From: an uncultured Bacillota bacterium
GTDB lineage: Bacteria > Bacillota > DTU025 > MWDF01
Direction of reading: 5' to 3'
NCBI GenBank assembly: GCA_963823655.1
Contig: CAWGMK010000007.1
Span: 192,001 to 256,000 of the forward strand
Length of the DNA: 64,000 nucleotides
The position numbers and the translations under genes were made by a program. Below are positions 21,821-32,418 of this stretch, in pieces (position 1 is the stretch's first letter; each line of letters begins with the position of its first letter). The notes under the pieces were generated by a model that saw nothing but the letters and a program-made list of their open reading frames with translations, was not told the origin of the DNA and ran no database searches.

Positions 21821-23041
21821 TTGATGAAAAACGAGAAAGGAATGAACCTGATGCCTGAACTTGGATTCGACCCCGCAGATCGGATGAAACTGGTGCCCTT
21901 CTCTGGTATCCGCAGGATGTTCGAGAAGGCCAAAGCGCTTGAAAGACAGGGCAAGGACGTAATCATGATGGAGACCGGGCGTCCGGACTTCGACACCCCG
22001 GCACACATCAAGCAGGCTGCAATCAAGGCGCTTGAGCTGGGCCATGTGCACTACACCTCGAACTTCGGCATCCCTGAGCTCAGATCGGCAATCGCCGAGA
22101 AGCTCCAAAAGGAGAACGGGCTCAGCTATGACCCGGAGACCGACATCATAGTGACGGCAGGGGCCTCCGAGGCCATACTCGACGCTTTCCTTGCCTTCCT
22201 CAACCCCGGCGATGAAGTGCTGTTCCCCGAGCCCAGCTGGCTGAACTACAATGCGGCGGCAAGGCTCACAGGCGCGATCCCCGTTGCAATGCCGATGAGG
22301 GAGAGCGCGGAGTTCCAGCTGGATCCCGCAGAGATCGAGAAGCTTGTGACCAAGAAGACCAAGATGATGGTGATCGTCTCCCCGCACAACCCGACGGGCA
22401 CGGTCCAGCACCCCGATGTGGTCAAGGCGCTTGCGGAAATCGCCGTCCGGCACAACCTGCTGGTGGTATCCGACGAGATCTACGAAAGGATCATATTCGG
22501 ATCCGCCAGGCATGTAAGCATTGCGTCGTTCCCCGGGATGAAGGAGCGCACGATAGTTGTGAACGGCTTCTCCAAGGCATATTCGATGACAGGCTGGAGG
22601 CTTGGTTACCTTGCAGCCCCCGCGCCCATCATCCAGGCGATGAACAGGGTGCACCAGTACAATACGGCCTGTGCCAACTCATTTGCGCAGGAGGGCGCAG
22701 TTGCCGCCCTTAAAGGCTCCCAGGACTGCGTGCGTGACATGGTGGCGGAGTTCTCCAGAAGGCGCGACCTGGTCATAGGCGAGCTTCAATCGATGAAGGG
22801 CATCACATGCCCGACTCCTGAAGGCGCGTTCTACGCCTTCATAAATGTCGGCGGCCTTGGCCTTACCTCGGAGGAGTTCTGCGAGAAGCTCATCGAGCAG
22901 ACATACGTCTCCTCCGTGCCGGGCCCGGTGTTCGGCGAAGCTGGCAGGGGTTTTGTTAGGTTCTCATACGCCAACTCCTACGAGAAGCTGCAAGAGGCGA
23001 TGAAAAGGATCAGGAAGTTCACCGAAGAGCATTCGAAATAA
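21821..23041 (+). CDS. Class I/II PLP aminotransferase (aspartate aminotransferase-like)
   Basis: PHNPTG, SDEIYE, NGFSKAYSMTGWRLGY and EGAFY; true start may be 21842 or 21851. Confidence 0.93.
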   Translation: MMKNEKGMNLMPELGFDPADRMKLVPFSGIRRMFEKAKALERQGKDVIMMETGRPDFDTPAHIKQAAIKALELGHVHYTSNFGIPELRSAIAEKLQKENGLSYDPETDIIVTAGASEAILDAFLAFLNPGDEVLFPEPSWLNYNAAARLTGAIPVAMPMRESAEFQLDPAEIEKLVTKKTKMMVIVSPHNPTGTVQHPDVVKALAEIAVRHNLLVVSDEIYERIIFGSARHVSIASFPGMKERTIVVNGFSKAYSMTGWRLGYLAAPAPIIQAMNRVHQYNTACANSFAQEGAVAALKGSQDCVRDMVAEFSRRRDLVIGELQSMKGITCPTPEGAFYAFINVGGLGLTSEEFCEKLIEQTYVSSVPGPVFGEAGRGFVRFSYANSYEKLQEAMKRIRKFTEEHSK

Positions 23042-23111
23042 ACGGCAGTCGCCGCCCTCACAATAAGGGCGAAAAGCAATTCTGGCATTTTGAAGAAATG
23101 AGGTGTAATTC

Positions 23112-24810
23112 GTGGCGTTTCTTTACTCAAACGAGGATACAGTCGAAAGATTATCCGGTTTATGCCTTAAGGGCACGATGCTGACCACAACGCAGTACCA
23201 TGACAGAAGGCATGTATTGCCCTTCGTGCTTGAGAAGGGCGGCAAGAGCTATTTTGTGGTAAGGCAGATGGACCAGGGCAATATCGAAGGTGCGGGATTC
23301 AAGTCCATGCCGCAAGTAAGGTTCCTGCCCTACTTCCTGCCGGGGGCAACAGCCGATGTGCCGTACAACAGCCGCCCAGGCCGTACTGGCCGTTTTGGGC
23401 AAAGAGCCCCTTACCGTGGATGAGGATATGCCGGTGTCTGTCTACCGTGAGCTTAAGGCCGCTGCCGACGCCGCAGTGCAGCAGTCCCCCGCAAGGCCGG
23501 TAGACGCATTCAGGCTCAGCACCAAACAAGTGCTTTCCAAGTTCAACCACCACAGGCCGGACGTAATAAGGGCGGCAAACGAGATGACCGCGGGCCATCC
23601 GCAGTACAAGAGGCTTAATGCCCTATATGCTCTCAAGGGCGACCCGTTTGCGATCCTTGATGCGAAGGCGTCATCCAAAGGAATTGGCGCTCTGCTCGCA
23701 TCATGGGTAACCAATTTCCAGGAGTTCACCGGGCTTAAGGCCACCCTGTCGGAATGCTACGGCTATGCCGCCCTCTATCTAGCCGGCAAAGCGGAGACCT
23801 GGGTTATAGTGCCGTCAGGCGAGGCCAAGGCATATTCCAGCACCTTCAAGAGCTTCGCCAGCTTCGCTGATGCCGTAAAGGAGCTTTCAGCAGGTGCCGT
23901 CGTAGGCATAGAGGAGGACACCTTAGGCGCAAGGCGTTACGTCGACATGGCCGAAAAAGGCGTCACACTTAAAGATGCCGGCAACATGATGAAGGAATGG
24001 CGCGACGAGAAGGCGATGTTCGACATCCCGTATTTCGTGGTCGGCGCGATGGCGACAAGGTACGCAATGGAAGGCGCATATGATTTCGCCGACCTCGCCA
24101 TCAAGGCGAACGTACCCGTGAGCGAAAAAGAAGTAGACAGCATATACAGGGCGAGGCTGGATGAATTCGCCAAGCTCTACAGATTGCAAGTGGAGCTGAA
24201 GTTCTTCTTCGTGAACACCCATTCAGGCTCAAGGACGATTTACCCTTCAAGGCCCACCGACTATGTGATACATAAGGGCATCAACTCGCTAAAGCTGGAC
24301 TCGGGGATATTCGTTTTCGACGATGGCCTGTTCCACGCATCCAGCGACATAGCCCGCACTGTGACAACGACCGCAGCCGCCGACGAAGTCGTAGATCTAA
24401 TGGAGAAGGTGCTGGTCGAGCAGACGATACCCGGAATCAAACCGGGCATGACAGGCGAGGAGATCCATAAGATGGGCGTCAATCAGATGGGCGCCTATGC
24501 AGACGTGTTCTTCAAGCATGGCTATATGCCGAGCTCGTTCTCATGGAGGCATGGCTATCCCAGGGACATAGGCCATTCCATGGAGAGGCAGGAGACCACC
24601 CACTTCCATTTCAGGCCCGGCGTTACGCTGAAGATGCTTGCCGGCATGGTGGGTTGCATAGAGTACCACTGCGCATACGATAACCACTCAATAGCAGCGG
24701 AGGACAGTTTCGTGCTGGATGATCAGGGCGCAATCATAATCAGCAGGGGCTCCGAGGAGTACGGCCCCGACGGAAAAGTAACTAAGAGGCGCCGCATAAA
24801 CCGTATCTAG
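23112..24810 (+). CDS. Divergent M24 (pita-bread fold) metallohydrolase, frameshift near 23360
   Basis: C-terminal LDSG..SDIART..GHSM..IEYH..AEDS metal-ligand spacing; GTG start after GAGGTG. Confidence 0.7.
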
Positions 24811-24840
24811 CTGACCAAGTCAAACAAAGGAGGATATAAG

Positions 24841-25960
24841 ATGAAACGTTTAATGGCACTGGTTACCTTAATGCTTGCGTTGGCCATGGTTTCCGCAATG
24901 GTAGGCGCGGCCGCAACACCCATACAAGGTGGGCTGCATTGTCCCTCTGACAGGTGGCGCCGCTGCTAACGGAATGTACATCAAGCGCGGAGCAGAACTC
25001 GCCATAGCCGAGATTAACGCCAATGGCGGCGTGGCAGGGCATCCTGTCGAGCTCATCATGGCTGACGACGCCGGCGTGCCGGCAACATCCGTCTCCGCGA
25101 TGAACAAGCTCGTCTTCCAGGACAAGGTTGACTTCCTCATCGGCGGCAACATCAGCTCCACAGTCCTGGCGCATATGCAGATCTCCGAGAAGGAAGGCAT
25201 CCCCTACATAGTGACCACGGCCTCCAACGCGCAGATAACCACGAAGGCCAACAAGTGGACCGTAAGGCTGCACCAGAACGACCTGACACAGTCAGTTCAG
25301 CTTGCAGACTTCGTATTGAACGTAATCAAGAAGACCAAGATCGCCGTCATGTTCGACACCGGCGACTACGGCACCGGCTGCAAGAACGCCTTCAACGACC
25401 AGCTCGCCAAGCTCGGCAAGGCGCCGCTGATCACAGTAGGCTTCAACACCGGCGATAAGGACTTCATGTCGCAGGTAATCCAGGTCAAGGCGAAGAGCCC
25501 TGACGCAGTCATGGTATTCGCAGTCCAGGCCGAGGCCGCCATCGTGACCAACCAGCTCAGGCAGATGGGCGTAAATGCGACCATTTGCGGCACCGGCGGA
25601 TACATTGTACCCAAGTATATCGAGCTTGCACCCGGCACATCGGAAGGCACGGTCGGCATGACCACATACAGCCCCTTCGATGAATCGCCTGAAGTAAAGA
25701 AGTTCACCGAAGCCTACATCAAGGCCTACAACGACACACCTACACACCACGCTTGGAATACATATGAGGCATACATCTACCTGCTGAAGCCCATAGTGGA
25801 CAAGGTAGGAATCGACAAGGCCGCCGTAATGAACGCGCTCAAGTCGTACAAGTGGTCGGTAGCGGGCAATAACAAGTACTTCGACGAAACAGGGCAGGTA
25901 ATCATGCCCTCGATCTTCATCTCAGTGCAGGGCGGAGTCTGGAAGTACTTTAAGCAGTAA
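24841..25960 (+). CDS. LIV-type ABC substrate-binding protein, frameshift near 24920
   Basis: Signal peptide from 24841; PLTGGAAANG, EINANGGVAG, DYG and DKDF. Confidence 0.88.
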
Positions 25961-26044
25961 TATCCAGCACTTACGGTCGGGGCCGACATTTCGCTTCGGC
26001 GATGGGGCCCCGGCCCATCCTTTCTAGGAATCGGGGGGATATGC

Positions 26045-26962
26045 TTGAGCTTTTTGACCTTGATACAATACGTCATTAGCGGACTTGCCATCGGCAGCAT
26101 CTATGCGTTGATAGCGGTCGGGTACGCGATGATATGGAAGGCCATGGGAGTCCTCAACTTCTCGCAGGGCCAGGTATTCATGCTTGGGGGCTTCTTTGGG
26201 CTTACTTCGCTCAGGTTGATGGGGACCCCGCAATCAGGGACGCTGCCGGTCATCGCCGGCGTTGCGATTTTCGTAAGCGGACTAGCAATAATTCTTGCGC
26301 TCTTCACCCAGACTTTCGTGTTCGCCCCGATACAAAGGAGGACCCCGCCGGAGAGGATAAAGGTCAATATGCTCGTCTCCACAATGGCGGTAGGCATAAT
26401 CCTTGAAAATGCCGCAAGGCTCATCTGGGGCACTGAACCGATCTTCTTTCCCAGGATATTCGGTTCCAGGGTCTTCGTAATAGCGGACATCTACATACCC
26501 GAACATTACATCAGGATCATCGGGCTTGCCGTAGTCCTTGTAATCCTGTTGCAGCTTCTGCTGTATAAGACCAAGATGGGCCGCGCAATGCGCTCCATCG
26601 CCCAGGACAGGGACACGGCGGCATTAATGGGCGTAAACGTGAAGCAGGGCATCTATATTACCCTTTGCGTTACGTATGTGCTAGGCGCGCTCGCCGGCAT
26701 GCTTGTGGCCCCGCTCCTTTACGTCTCGTTCGACTACGGCGGACTTTTCGGCCTTAAAGGATTTACCGCAGCCGTCATCGGCGGCATCGGAACCGTTCCC
26801 GGGGCGATACTCGGAGGGCTGGTACTTGGAGTCGTCGAAAACGTCGGGGCAGGGCTCATCGATGCGACCTACAAGAGCGCTATAGCCTTCCTAGTCTTGA
26901 TACTGGTGCTGCTTATCAAGCCCTCGGGGCTTCTTGGCAAGCGCACTATTCAGAAAGTGTAG
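26045..26962 (+). CDS. livH: LIV-type ABC permease
   Basis: GSIYALIAVG, NFSQG, GRAMRSIAQD and KPSGLLG. Confidence 0.9.
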   Translation: MSFLTLIQYVISGLAIGSIYALIAVGYAMIWKAMGVLNFSQGQVFMLGGFFGLTSLRLMGTPQSGTLPVIAGVAIFVSGLAIILALFTQTFVFAPIQRRTPPERIKVNMLVSTMAVGIILENAARLIWGTEPIFFPRIFGSRVFVIADIYIPEHYIRIIGLAVVLVILLQLLLYKTKMGRAMRSIAQDRDTAALMGVNVKQGIYITLCVTYVLGALAGMLVAPLLYVSFDYGGLFGLKGFTAAVIGGIGTVPGAILGGLVLGVVENVGAGLIDATYKSAIAFLVLILVLLIKPSGLLGKRTIQKV

Positions 26963-26971
26963 GCGGCCGCC

Positions 26972-27949
26972 ATGAAAAGCAAGCAGAAAAGGGCTTTAAT
27001 ATGGGTCGCCGTCGCAATGGCCGCGCTTTTGGTGCCGCTGGTCGCCCAGCAGTACGCCGTTCACATTTTCGTCCTTGCCGGCATCTACCTTGTTATGGCG
27101 ATAGGCCTTAGCCTGGTAAGCGGCTTCGCAGGTCAGTTGTCTCTAGGGCAAGCAGCCTTCTATGCCATTGGCGCATATATCTCAGCCCTGTTGACCATCA
27201 ATCTGGGCATATCATTCTGGCTGGCGCTCCTGGCCGGCACCGTAATTGCGGGGCTCATGGGCATAGTGCTTGGTTTGCCTACTCTGAGGCTTTCGGGCGT
27301 GTACCTTACTGTGGCCACAGTTGGCTTCGGTGAGATTGTCAGGCTAGTGCTTCTGAATTGGACACCTGTCACCAGGGGAGCGATGGGAGTGCGCGGAGTG
27401 CCGCCTCCCTCACTATTCGGTTTTCTGATAGATACACCTTTCAAGTACTACTACCTTGTGCTCGCGGCCGTGGGCATCAGCCTTTTCATCGCGTCGAGGA
27501 TCATCAATTCGCGCGTCGGCAGGGCGTTCATATCGGTCGCCGACAAGGAGATCGCGGCCCAGTCGGTCGGCATCAACCCTACGTACTATAAAACGCTCGC
27601 TTTCGTGATGGGCGCATGCTTCGCAGGGGCCGCCGGCAGCTTGTACGCGCACTATATCGGCTATATCCATCCGGATGCCTTCACACAGGCGGAGTCGATA
27701 ATGGTAGTGACCATAATGGCAGTGGGCGGAGTAAGAAGCCTTATGGGAATCACGGTCTCGTCGATCGTGCTGGTCACGGCGATGGAATACCTGAGGGCGT
27801 TTTCGGAGTTCAGGCTGATAATGTATGCCTTGATGCTGGTGCTAAGCCTAATATTCATGCCCAACGGCGTGGGCGGGGTCGCCAGCATGCTGATTGCCCG
27901 AGCAAGGCAGAAGTCGGGACGCTCGAAGCGGGAAGGGAGTGCATCTTAG
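26972..27949 (+). CDS. livM: LIV-type ABC permease
   Basis: GQLSLGQAAFYAIGAY, LRLSGVYL and GAAGSLYAH. Confidence 0.9.
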   Translation: MKSKQKRALIWVAVAMAALLVPLVAQQYAVHIFVLAGIYLVMAIGLSLVSGFAGQLSLGQAAFYAIGAYISALLTINLGISFWLALLAGTVIAGLMGIVLGLPTLRLSGVYLTVATVGFGEIVRLVLLNWTPVTRGAMGVRGVPPPSLFGFLIDTPFKYYYLVLAAVGISLFIASRIINSRVGRAFISVADKEIAAQSVGINPTYYKTLAFVMGACFAGAAGSLYAHYIGYIHPDAFTQAESIMVVTIMAVGGVRSLMGITVSSIVLVTAMEYLRAFSEFRLIMYALMLVLSLIFMPNGVGGVASMLIARARQKSGRSKREGSAS

Positions 27950-28726
27950 ATGGGCGATATGCTAAGAGTCGAAAATCTCACGATGATGTTCGGCGGCCTG
28001 GCGGCCCTGAAGGATGTCTCGCTTAACGTGGAGCAAGGCGAGCTGCTCTCGGTAATCGGGCCCAACGGCTCAGGCAAGACGACGCTTTTCAATGTCATAA
28101 CCGGCCTTTACGTGCCCACGTCGGGAAAAGTCGCCTTCAACGGCAAGGACATCACGCGCTTGAGCGCCTACGGAATTGCCGAGCGCGGCCTGGCGAGGAC
28201 GTTCCAGAACATAAACCTCTTCGATTCAATGACGGTGCTAGACAACGTGAAGGTGGGGCAGCACAGCGCCACTAAGTCCGGCGTGCTTGATGCCGTAATC
28301 CGCTCGGGGCGCTATCAAAAAGAGGAGAAGGAAACTAAGGCCAAGGCTGAGGAGCTTGTGGAATTCGTAGGCCTTTCGGCGGTCTCAGGCGAGCTTGCCA
28401 AGAACCTGCCCTACGGTGAGCAGAAGAGGCTGGAGATCGCAAGGTCGCTTGCATCGGATCCGAAGATGCTGCTTCTGGACGAGCCCACAGCCGGGCTGAA
28501 CCCTCGCGAGAAGGCAGTCGTTGCGGAGCTTATCAAAGCCGTCCACAACAAGGGAGTAACAATAGTGCTCATCGAACACGATATGCGCGTTGTCATGGGC
28601 ATATCCAGGAGGATCATCGTCCTTGACCACGGAGAGAAGATAGCTTCGGGAAGCCCGCAGGAGGTTAAGACCGACAAGCGGGTCATAGAGGCGTACCTTG
28701 GTAAACAGACGGCCGCAAATTGCTAG
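27950..28726 (+). CDS. livG: LIV-type ABC ATPase
   Basis: FGGLAAL, GPNGSGKTT, RTFQN, LPYGEQKRLE and LLDEP. Confidence 0.93.
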   Translation: MGDMLRVENLTMMFGGLAALKDVSLNVEQGELLSVIGPNGSGKTTLFNVITGLYVPTSGKVAFNGKDITRLSAYGIAERGLARTFQNINLFDSMTVLDNVKVGQHSATKSGVLDAVIRSGRYQKEEKETKAKAEELVEFVGLSAVSGELAKNLPYGEQKRLEIARSLASDPKMLLLDEPTAGLNPREKAVVAELIKAVHNKGVTIVLIEHDMRVVMGISRRIIVLDHGEKIASGSPQEVKTDKRVIEAYLGKQTAANC

Positions 28727-28744
28727 GTCTGGAGGGAATTCCAA

Positions 28745-29452
28745 TTGCTTAAGATAAAGGACCTGAATGTATACTACGGCGCCATCCATGCCCTTAAGGG
28801 AATATCCCTGGAGGTCAACGAGGGCGAGATCGTCACTCTGATAGGTTCCAACGGGGCCGGGAAAAGCACTACGATCAAGACGATAAGCGGGCTTATAGCC
28901 CCGCATACAGGCACTATAGAATTCCTGGGAAAGCAGATCGGCGGCATGCCGGCGCACCAGATCAACGCACTTGGCATCATACAGATACCTGAAGGCAGGA
29001 GAGTCTTCCCTGAGATGACAGTGGGGGAGAACCTTCTGATAGGCGCTTTCCTCAGAAAAGACGTTAAGGGCATCAAAGAGGACATGGATAAAGTCTACGA
29101 CCGCTTCCCCAGGATGAAGGAGAGGGAGAAGCAGGTGGCGGCAACGCTTAGCGGAGGAGAACAGCAGATGCTCGCCGTGGGCAGGGCGCTCATGGCAAGG
29201 CCCAAGCTGCTGCTACTCGATGAACCTTCGATGGGCCTTGCCCCGATACTCGTAGACGAGGTCTTCGAGATAGTGCAGGAGATCAACAGGCAAGGCACTA
29301 CGATACTGCTCGTCGAGCAGAACGCGAAGATGGCATTAAGCGTTGCCAACAGGGGATATGTGCTTCAGACCGGGGAGATCGCCCTGTCGGGTACGGCCTG
29401 CGAGCTTCTGAATACGGAAGAAGTTAGAAAGGTGTACCTGGGAGAGAGCTAA
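28745..29452 (+). CDS. livF: LIV-type ABC ATPase
   Basis: GSNGAGKST, PEGRRVF, LSGGEQQML and LVEQN. Confidence 0.93.
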   Translation: MLKIKDLNVYYGAIHALKGISLEVNEGEIVTLIGSNGAGKSTTIKTISGLIAPHTGTIEFLGKQIGGMPAHQINALGIIQIPEGRRVFPEMTVGENLLIGAFLRKDVKGIKEDMDKVYDRFPRMKEREKQVAATLSGGEQQMLAVGRALMARPKLLLLDEPSMGLAPILVDEVFEIVQEINRQGTTILLVEQNAKMALSVANRGYVLQTGEIALSGTACELLNTEEVRKVYLGES

Positions 29453-29489
29453 TATAAGTTTCCAATATTACGTGGAGGTGGCTTGAGAG

Positions 29490-30383
29490 ATGTCGTTTAA
29501 AGTAAGTGGGATTATCCCTGCCATGGTTACGCCGTTTGGCAAGGACGGAAAATTGAACCTTCCCGCCTTGAGGAAATTGACGAATTACCTCATAGATTTG
29601 GGAGTTCATGGCCTGTTCGCCGTAGGCGGGCAAGGGGAGTTCTGGGCAATGGACGCGGACGAGAAGAGACAGGTTATCGAAACAGTCGTGGAGGAGACCC
29701 GCGGCAGGGTACCGGTATATGCGGGGACCGGCGCGGAGACTACATGGGAGGCGATTAAGCTCACCCAGATAGCAGAGTCTGCCGGAGCCGATGCCGTCTC
29801 GATAATCACGCCTTATTACGTAGCACCGTCCCAGGACGAAATCCTCGAGCACTATAAGGCCATAGCGAAGTCGACCAAGCTGCCGGTAGTCCTCTACAAC
29901 AACCCGCCAAGGACCGGAAACAACATTTCGCCCTCGATGCTGGAAAAGGCAGCCAAGGTCGAGAACATCGTCGGTGTTAAGGATTCCGGCGGAGACATGA
30001 CGCAAGCTTGTGAGTACATAAGGCGCACTGACAAGGACTTCGCGGTGCTGATGGGCCGCGATACCATGATATTCGCGGGAATGTGCGTAGGGGCCAAGGG
30101 TTCGATTACCGCAACCGCAAATGTGGCGCCGAAGCTCGTAGTCGAGATATATGACGCCTATATGGAAGGGGACATGGTCAGGGCGCAGAAGTGCCAGGAC
30201 CAGCTGGCTCCATTGAGATTGGCATTTGAGCTGGGCACGTTCCCGGTCGTTATAAAAGAGGCCCTTGAGATGATCGGAATAGAGGCGGGGCCTGCAAGGA
30301 TGCCGGTCGGCCCGATGAAGCCCGATAAGAGGGCTGAGCTGTTTAACGTGTTGGTCGGCATGGGGCTTCCTGCCAAGATGTAG
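29490..30383 (+). CDS. DapA/NAL-family class I aldolase, probably catabolic
   Basis: TPF, GGQGEF (not GTTGE), YNNPPRTG and Schiff-base GVKDS. Confidence 0.88.
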   Translation: MSFKVSGIIPAMVTPFGKDGKLNLPALRKLTNYLIDLGVHGLFAVGGQGEFWAMDADEKRQVIETVVEETRGRVPVYAGTGAETTWEAIKLTQIAESAGADAVSIITPYYVAPSQDEILEHYKAIAKSTKLPVVLYNNPPRTGNNISPSMLEKAAKVENIVGVKDSGGDMTQACEYIRRTDKDFAVLMGRDTMIFAGMCVGAKGSITATANVAPKLVVEIYDAYMEGDMVRAQKCQDQLAPLRLAFELGTFPVVIKEALEMIGIEAGPARMPVGPMKPDKRAELFNVLVGMGLPAKM

Positions 30384-30400
30384 TGAATTGACTCTAAGCG

Positions 30401-30434
30401 AAAAAATCCGGTTGCCGCAAGGTAACCGGATTTT
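30401..30434. terminator. Bidirectional terminator
   Basis: AAAATCCGGTTGCC GCAA GGTAACCGGATTTT between convergent genes. Confidence 0.85.
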
Positions 30435-30447
30435 CATATCCCGCTTG

Positions 30448-31159
30448 TTAGAAGGGCTTTACGCCGTCCAGCCAGCCGTTGCTGTGCCAGTGCTCCCTGT
30501 CGTGCAGGTTCCAGGTGTTCTTGCGCATCATGCCGGACATCAGCTTGAAGAAAATGCTCCTGAAAAGGGGGTTCCCGGCCTTTTCTATTCCATCGACCGA
30601 GCTTATCAACTTCTTCGCCAGCTTTGCCGCGTCTTTCCTTATCTTGGCCTGTTTTCCCGGCTTCACCTCGGCCCATTTCATGGCGGAAACGGGGTTCTTG
30701 TAGGAGTATACTCTCTTGACTCCCCAGAAAGTCAGGCTCTTGCGCAAAGTGCTTGTGGCGTGCCCGAGTCCCGGCGCCCGCCGTCGTGCAGACTGTAAGG
30801 CCTACTTTGTTGAACATGCTGGGATTAGGCCTGTGGCTCATCCACATGAAGCACAGATGGTCCAGCATGGCCTTCATCTGGCCGGATATGTCCATTGCGT
30901 AGACAGGGGACATGAGGATTATCAGATCAGAGCCGGTAATAGCCTCGACGATGGGAAGCACTGCCGACGAGTGAGGGCAGGTCCCCTCCCCGTTCATGAA
31001 GCATGAGAAGCAGCCGTTGCAGAAATGCGGCATATCTTTAGGCAGCGAGAACTCCTTGACCTCGATTTCCGTGCGCTTGGAGATTTCCTCTTTTATCATG
31101 TCCACGCAATGCCAAGTGCTCCCGTGCCTCTGGTTTCCGTTTAGAACAACAATCTTCAT
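30448..31159 (-). CDS. Flavodoxin-like / NADPH-dependent FMN reductase (iron-sulfur flavoprotein type), frameshift near 30765
   Basis: MKIVVLNG, CNGCFSCF..CPH, SPVY and TTAGAG; C-terminus continues in ORF 30448-30747. Confidence 0.85.
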
Positions 31160-31181
31160 GTTACCCCTCCTGATGTCTGTC

Positions 31182-31844
31182 TTAGTATAATGATTGATCA
31201 TAGGCATTTCCGGCTCCGCCGGCCCCATATACCTTGTTGAAATGGTCCACATGCCTTTCGAAAAGCGCCCTTGCCTCTGCCAGGCTTGCCTCATCGTTGT
31301 CGAACTTGTAGAAGATGAGGAAAATCGGAGCGAAGAAGGCCATCGCCAGCAGATAAGGGTCGGTCTTGATGAACCCTCCGGCTTCTATCAGGGCCGCGAA
31401 GAGCCTTGATTGGAAATCCAGCGCGTCGTCGAAGGAAAGCCTCCTGTACAATCCGCCGAGCTCGGCGTTTCTGTACTGCTCGATGGTTAGCATCTTCCTG
31501 AGCTTCACATTTATCTCATCGACGAAGTAATAGTCGAATATCTTTGCGGATATGATCTTGAACTGCTCATTGGACATCTGCTTGTACATCTCGATAGTCC
31601 TTCTGTCCACCTCGAATTTCATGTCTTCTCCTGTGATCTCCATTTTGCGGAAGATCTCGGCTCCTCTTCCCGAATGCTCCTTGATTATTGAGTCGAATAT
31701 GTCCTGCTTGTTCTTGTAGTGGTTATAAAGAGAGCTTTCCTTTATCCCCACGGCACCCGAGATGTCCCTTACAGAGACAGAGTCATAGCCGTAAGTGGAG
31801 AACAGGTCGAGCGCCTTCATCAGTATCAGCTCTTTAGTAGTCAT
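31182..31844 (-). CDS. TetR-family regulator
   Basis: ALDLFSTYGYDSVSVRDISGAVGIKESSLYNHYKNKQDI helix-turn-helix. Confidence 0.95.
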   Translation of the reverse strand: MTTKELILMKALDLFSTYGYDSVSVRDISGAVGIKESSLYNHYKNKQDIFDSIIKEHSGRGAEIFRKMEITGEDMKFEVDRRTIEMYKQMSNEQFKIISAKIFDYYFVDEINVKLRKMLTIEQYRNAELGGLYRRLSFDDALDFQSRLFAALIEAGGFIKTDPYLLAMAFFAPIFLIFYKFDNDEASLAEARALFERHVDHFNKVYGAGGAGNAYDQSLY

Positions 31845-31852
31845 GCCGCACC

Positions 31853-32242
31853 TCACATTGATAGGGCAATCCTTGACGCCTCGATAACTGCTACTTGTAT
31901 CATGAAAAGCGCAGATATCGAGAAGAAGAATGCCCTTCTGATCTCCTGCTTCCTTACGAAAATGCTGGCTAACCCGAGAAGAAGCACCAGGCCGCCCGCT
32001 ATCGAGCAGATATTCGACTGCATGCTCGTCATGGAGAACATTGCTTCCGGGCCCGCATAGCCGTCCCTCATCGCGGAGGCGAAGCTGACTACAAGGCCCA
32101 CGAGGATGAACAGGGCGATAGCCTTGCCCCAGCTTTTAAAGCCGGCCCCCTTGCGGGACATGAACAATATGAATGCGATCATCAGGACGACTAACAAGGT
32201 TGTAACTGCCGCGAATGCACTTCCGAAATAGAGCTCAAACAT
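31853..32242 (-). CDS. Four-TM hypothetical membrane protein
   Basis: Four hydrophobic segments; GGAGG RBS; first gene of the TetR operon. Confidence 0.8.
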   Translation of the reverse strand: MFELYFGSAFAAVTTLLVVLMIAFILFMSRKGAGFKSWGKAIALFILVGLVVSFASAMRDGYAGPEAMFSMTSMQSNICSIAGGLVLLLGLASIFVRKQEIRRAFFFSISALFMIQVAVIEASRIALSM

Positions 32243-32257
32243 TTCAAATCCTCCAAA

Positions 32258-32297
32258 CTAACAGTTGTTAGCATCAATATAACTAACGGTTGTTAGT
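32258..32297. promoter_or_regulatory. Tandem TetR operators
   Basis: Two palindromes, CTAACAGTTGTTAG and CTAACGGTTGTTAG, overlapping the minus-strand promoter (TTGACA adjacent). Confidence 0.8.
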
Positions 32298-32418
32298 CTG
32301 TCAAGCGCGATTCTACGAGAATGACGAAATTTCTTAAATGACGCAAGAAACTGAAACCAAAAAGGCTTCAATCGGCATGGTATAATCACTCTTACTGTAT
32401 TTGAACTGAGGTAATTAA

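Noticed and set aside
29490-30383. Housekeeping dapA
   Set aside because: GGQGE replaces GTTGE, no dapB/asd/lysC neighbours, and it ends an uptake operon
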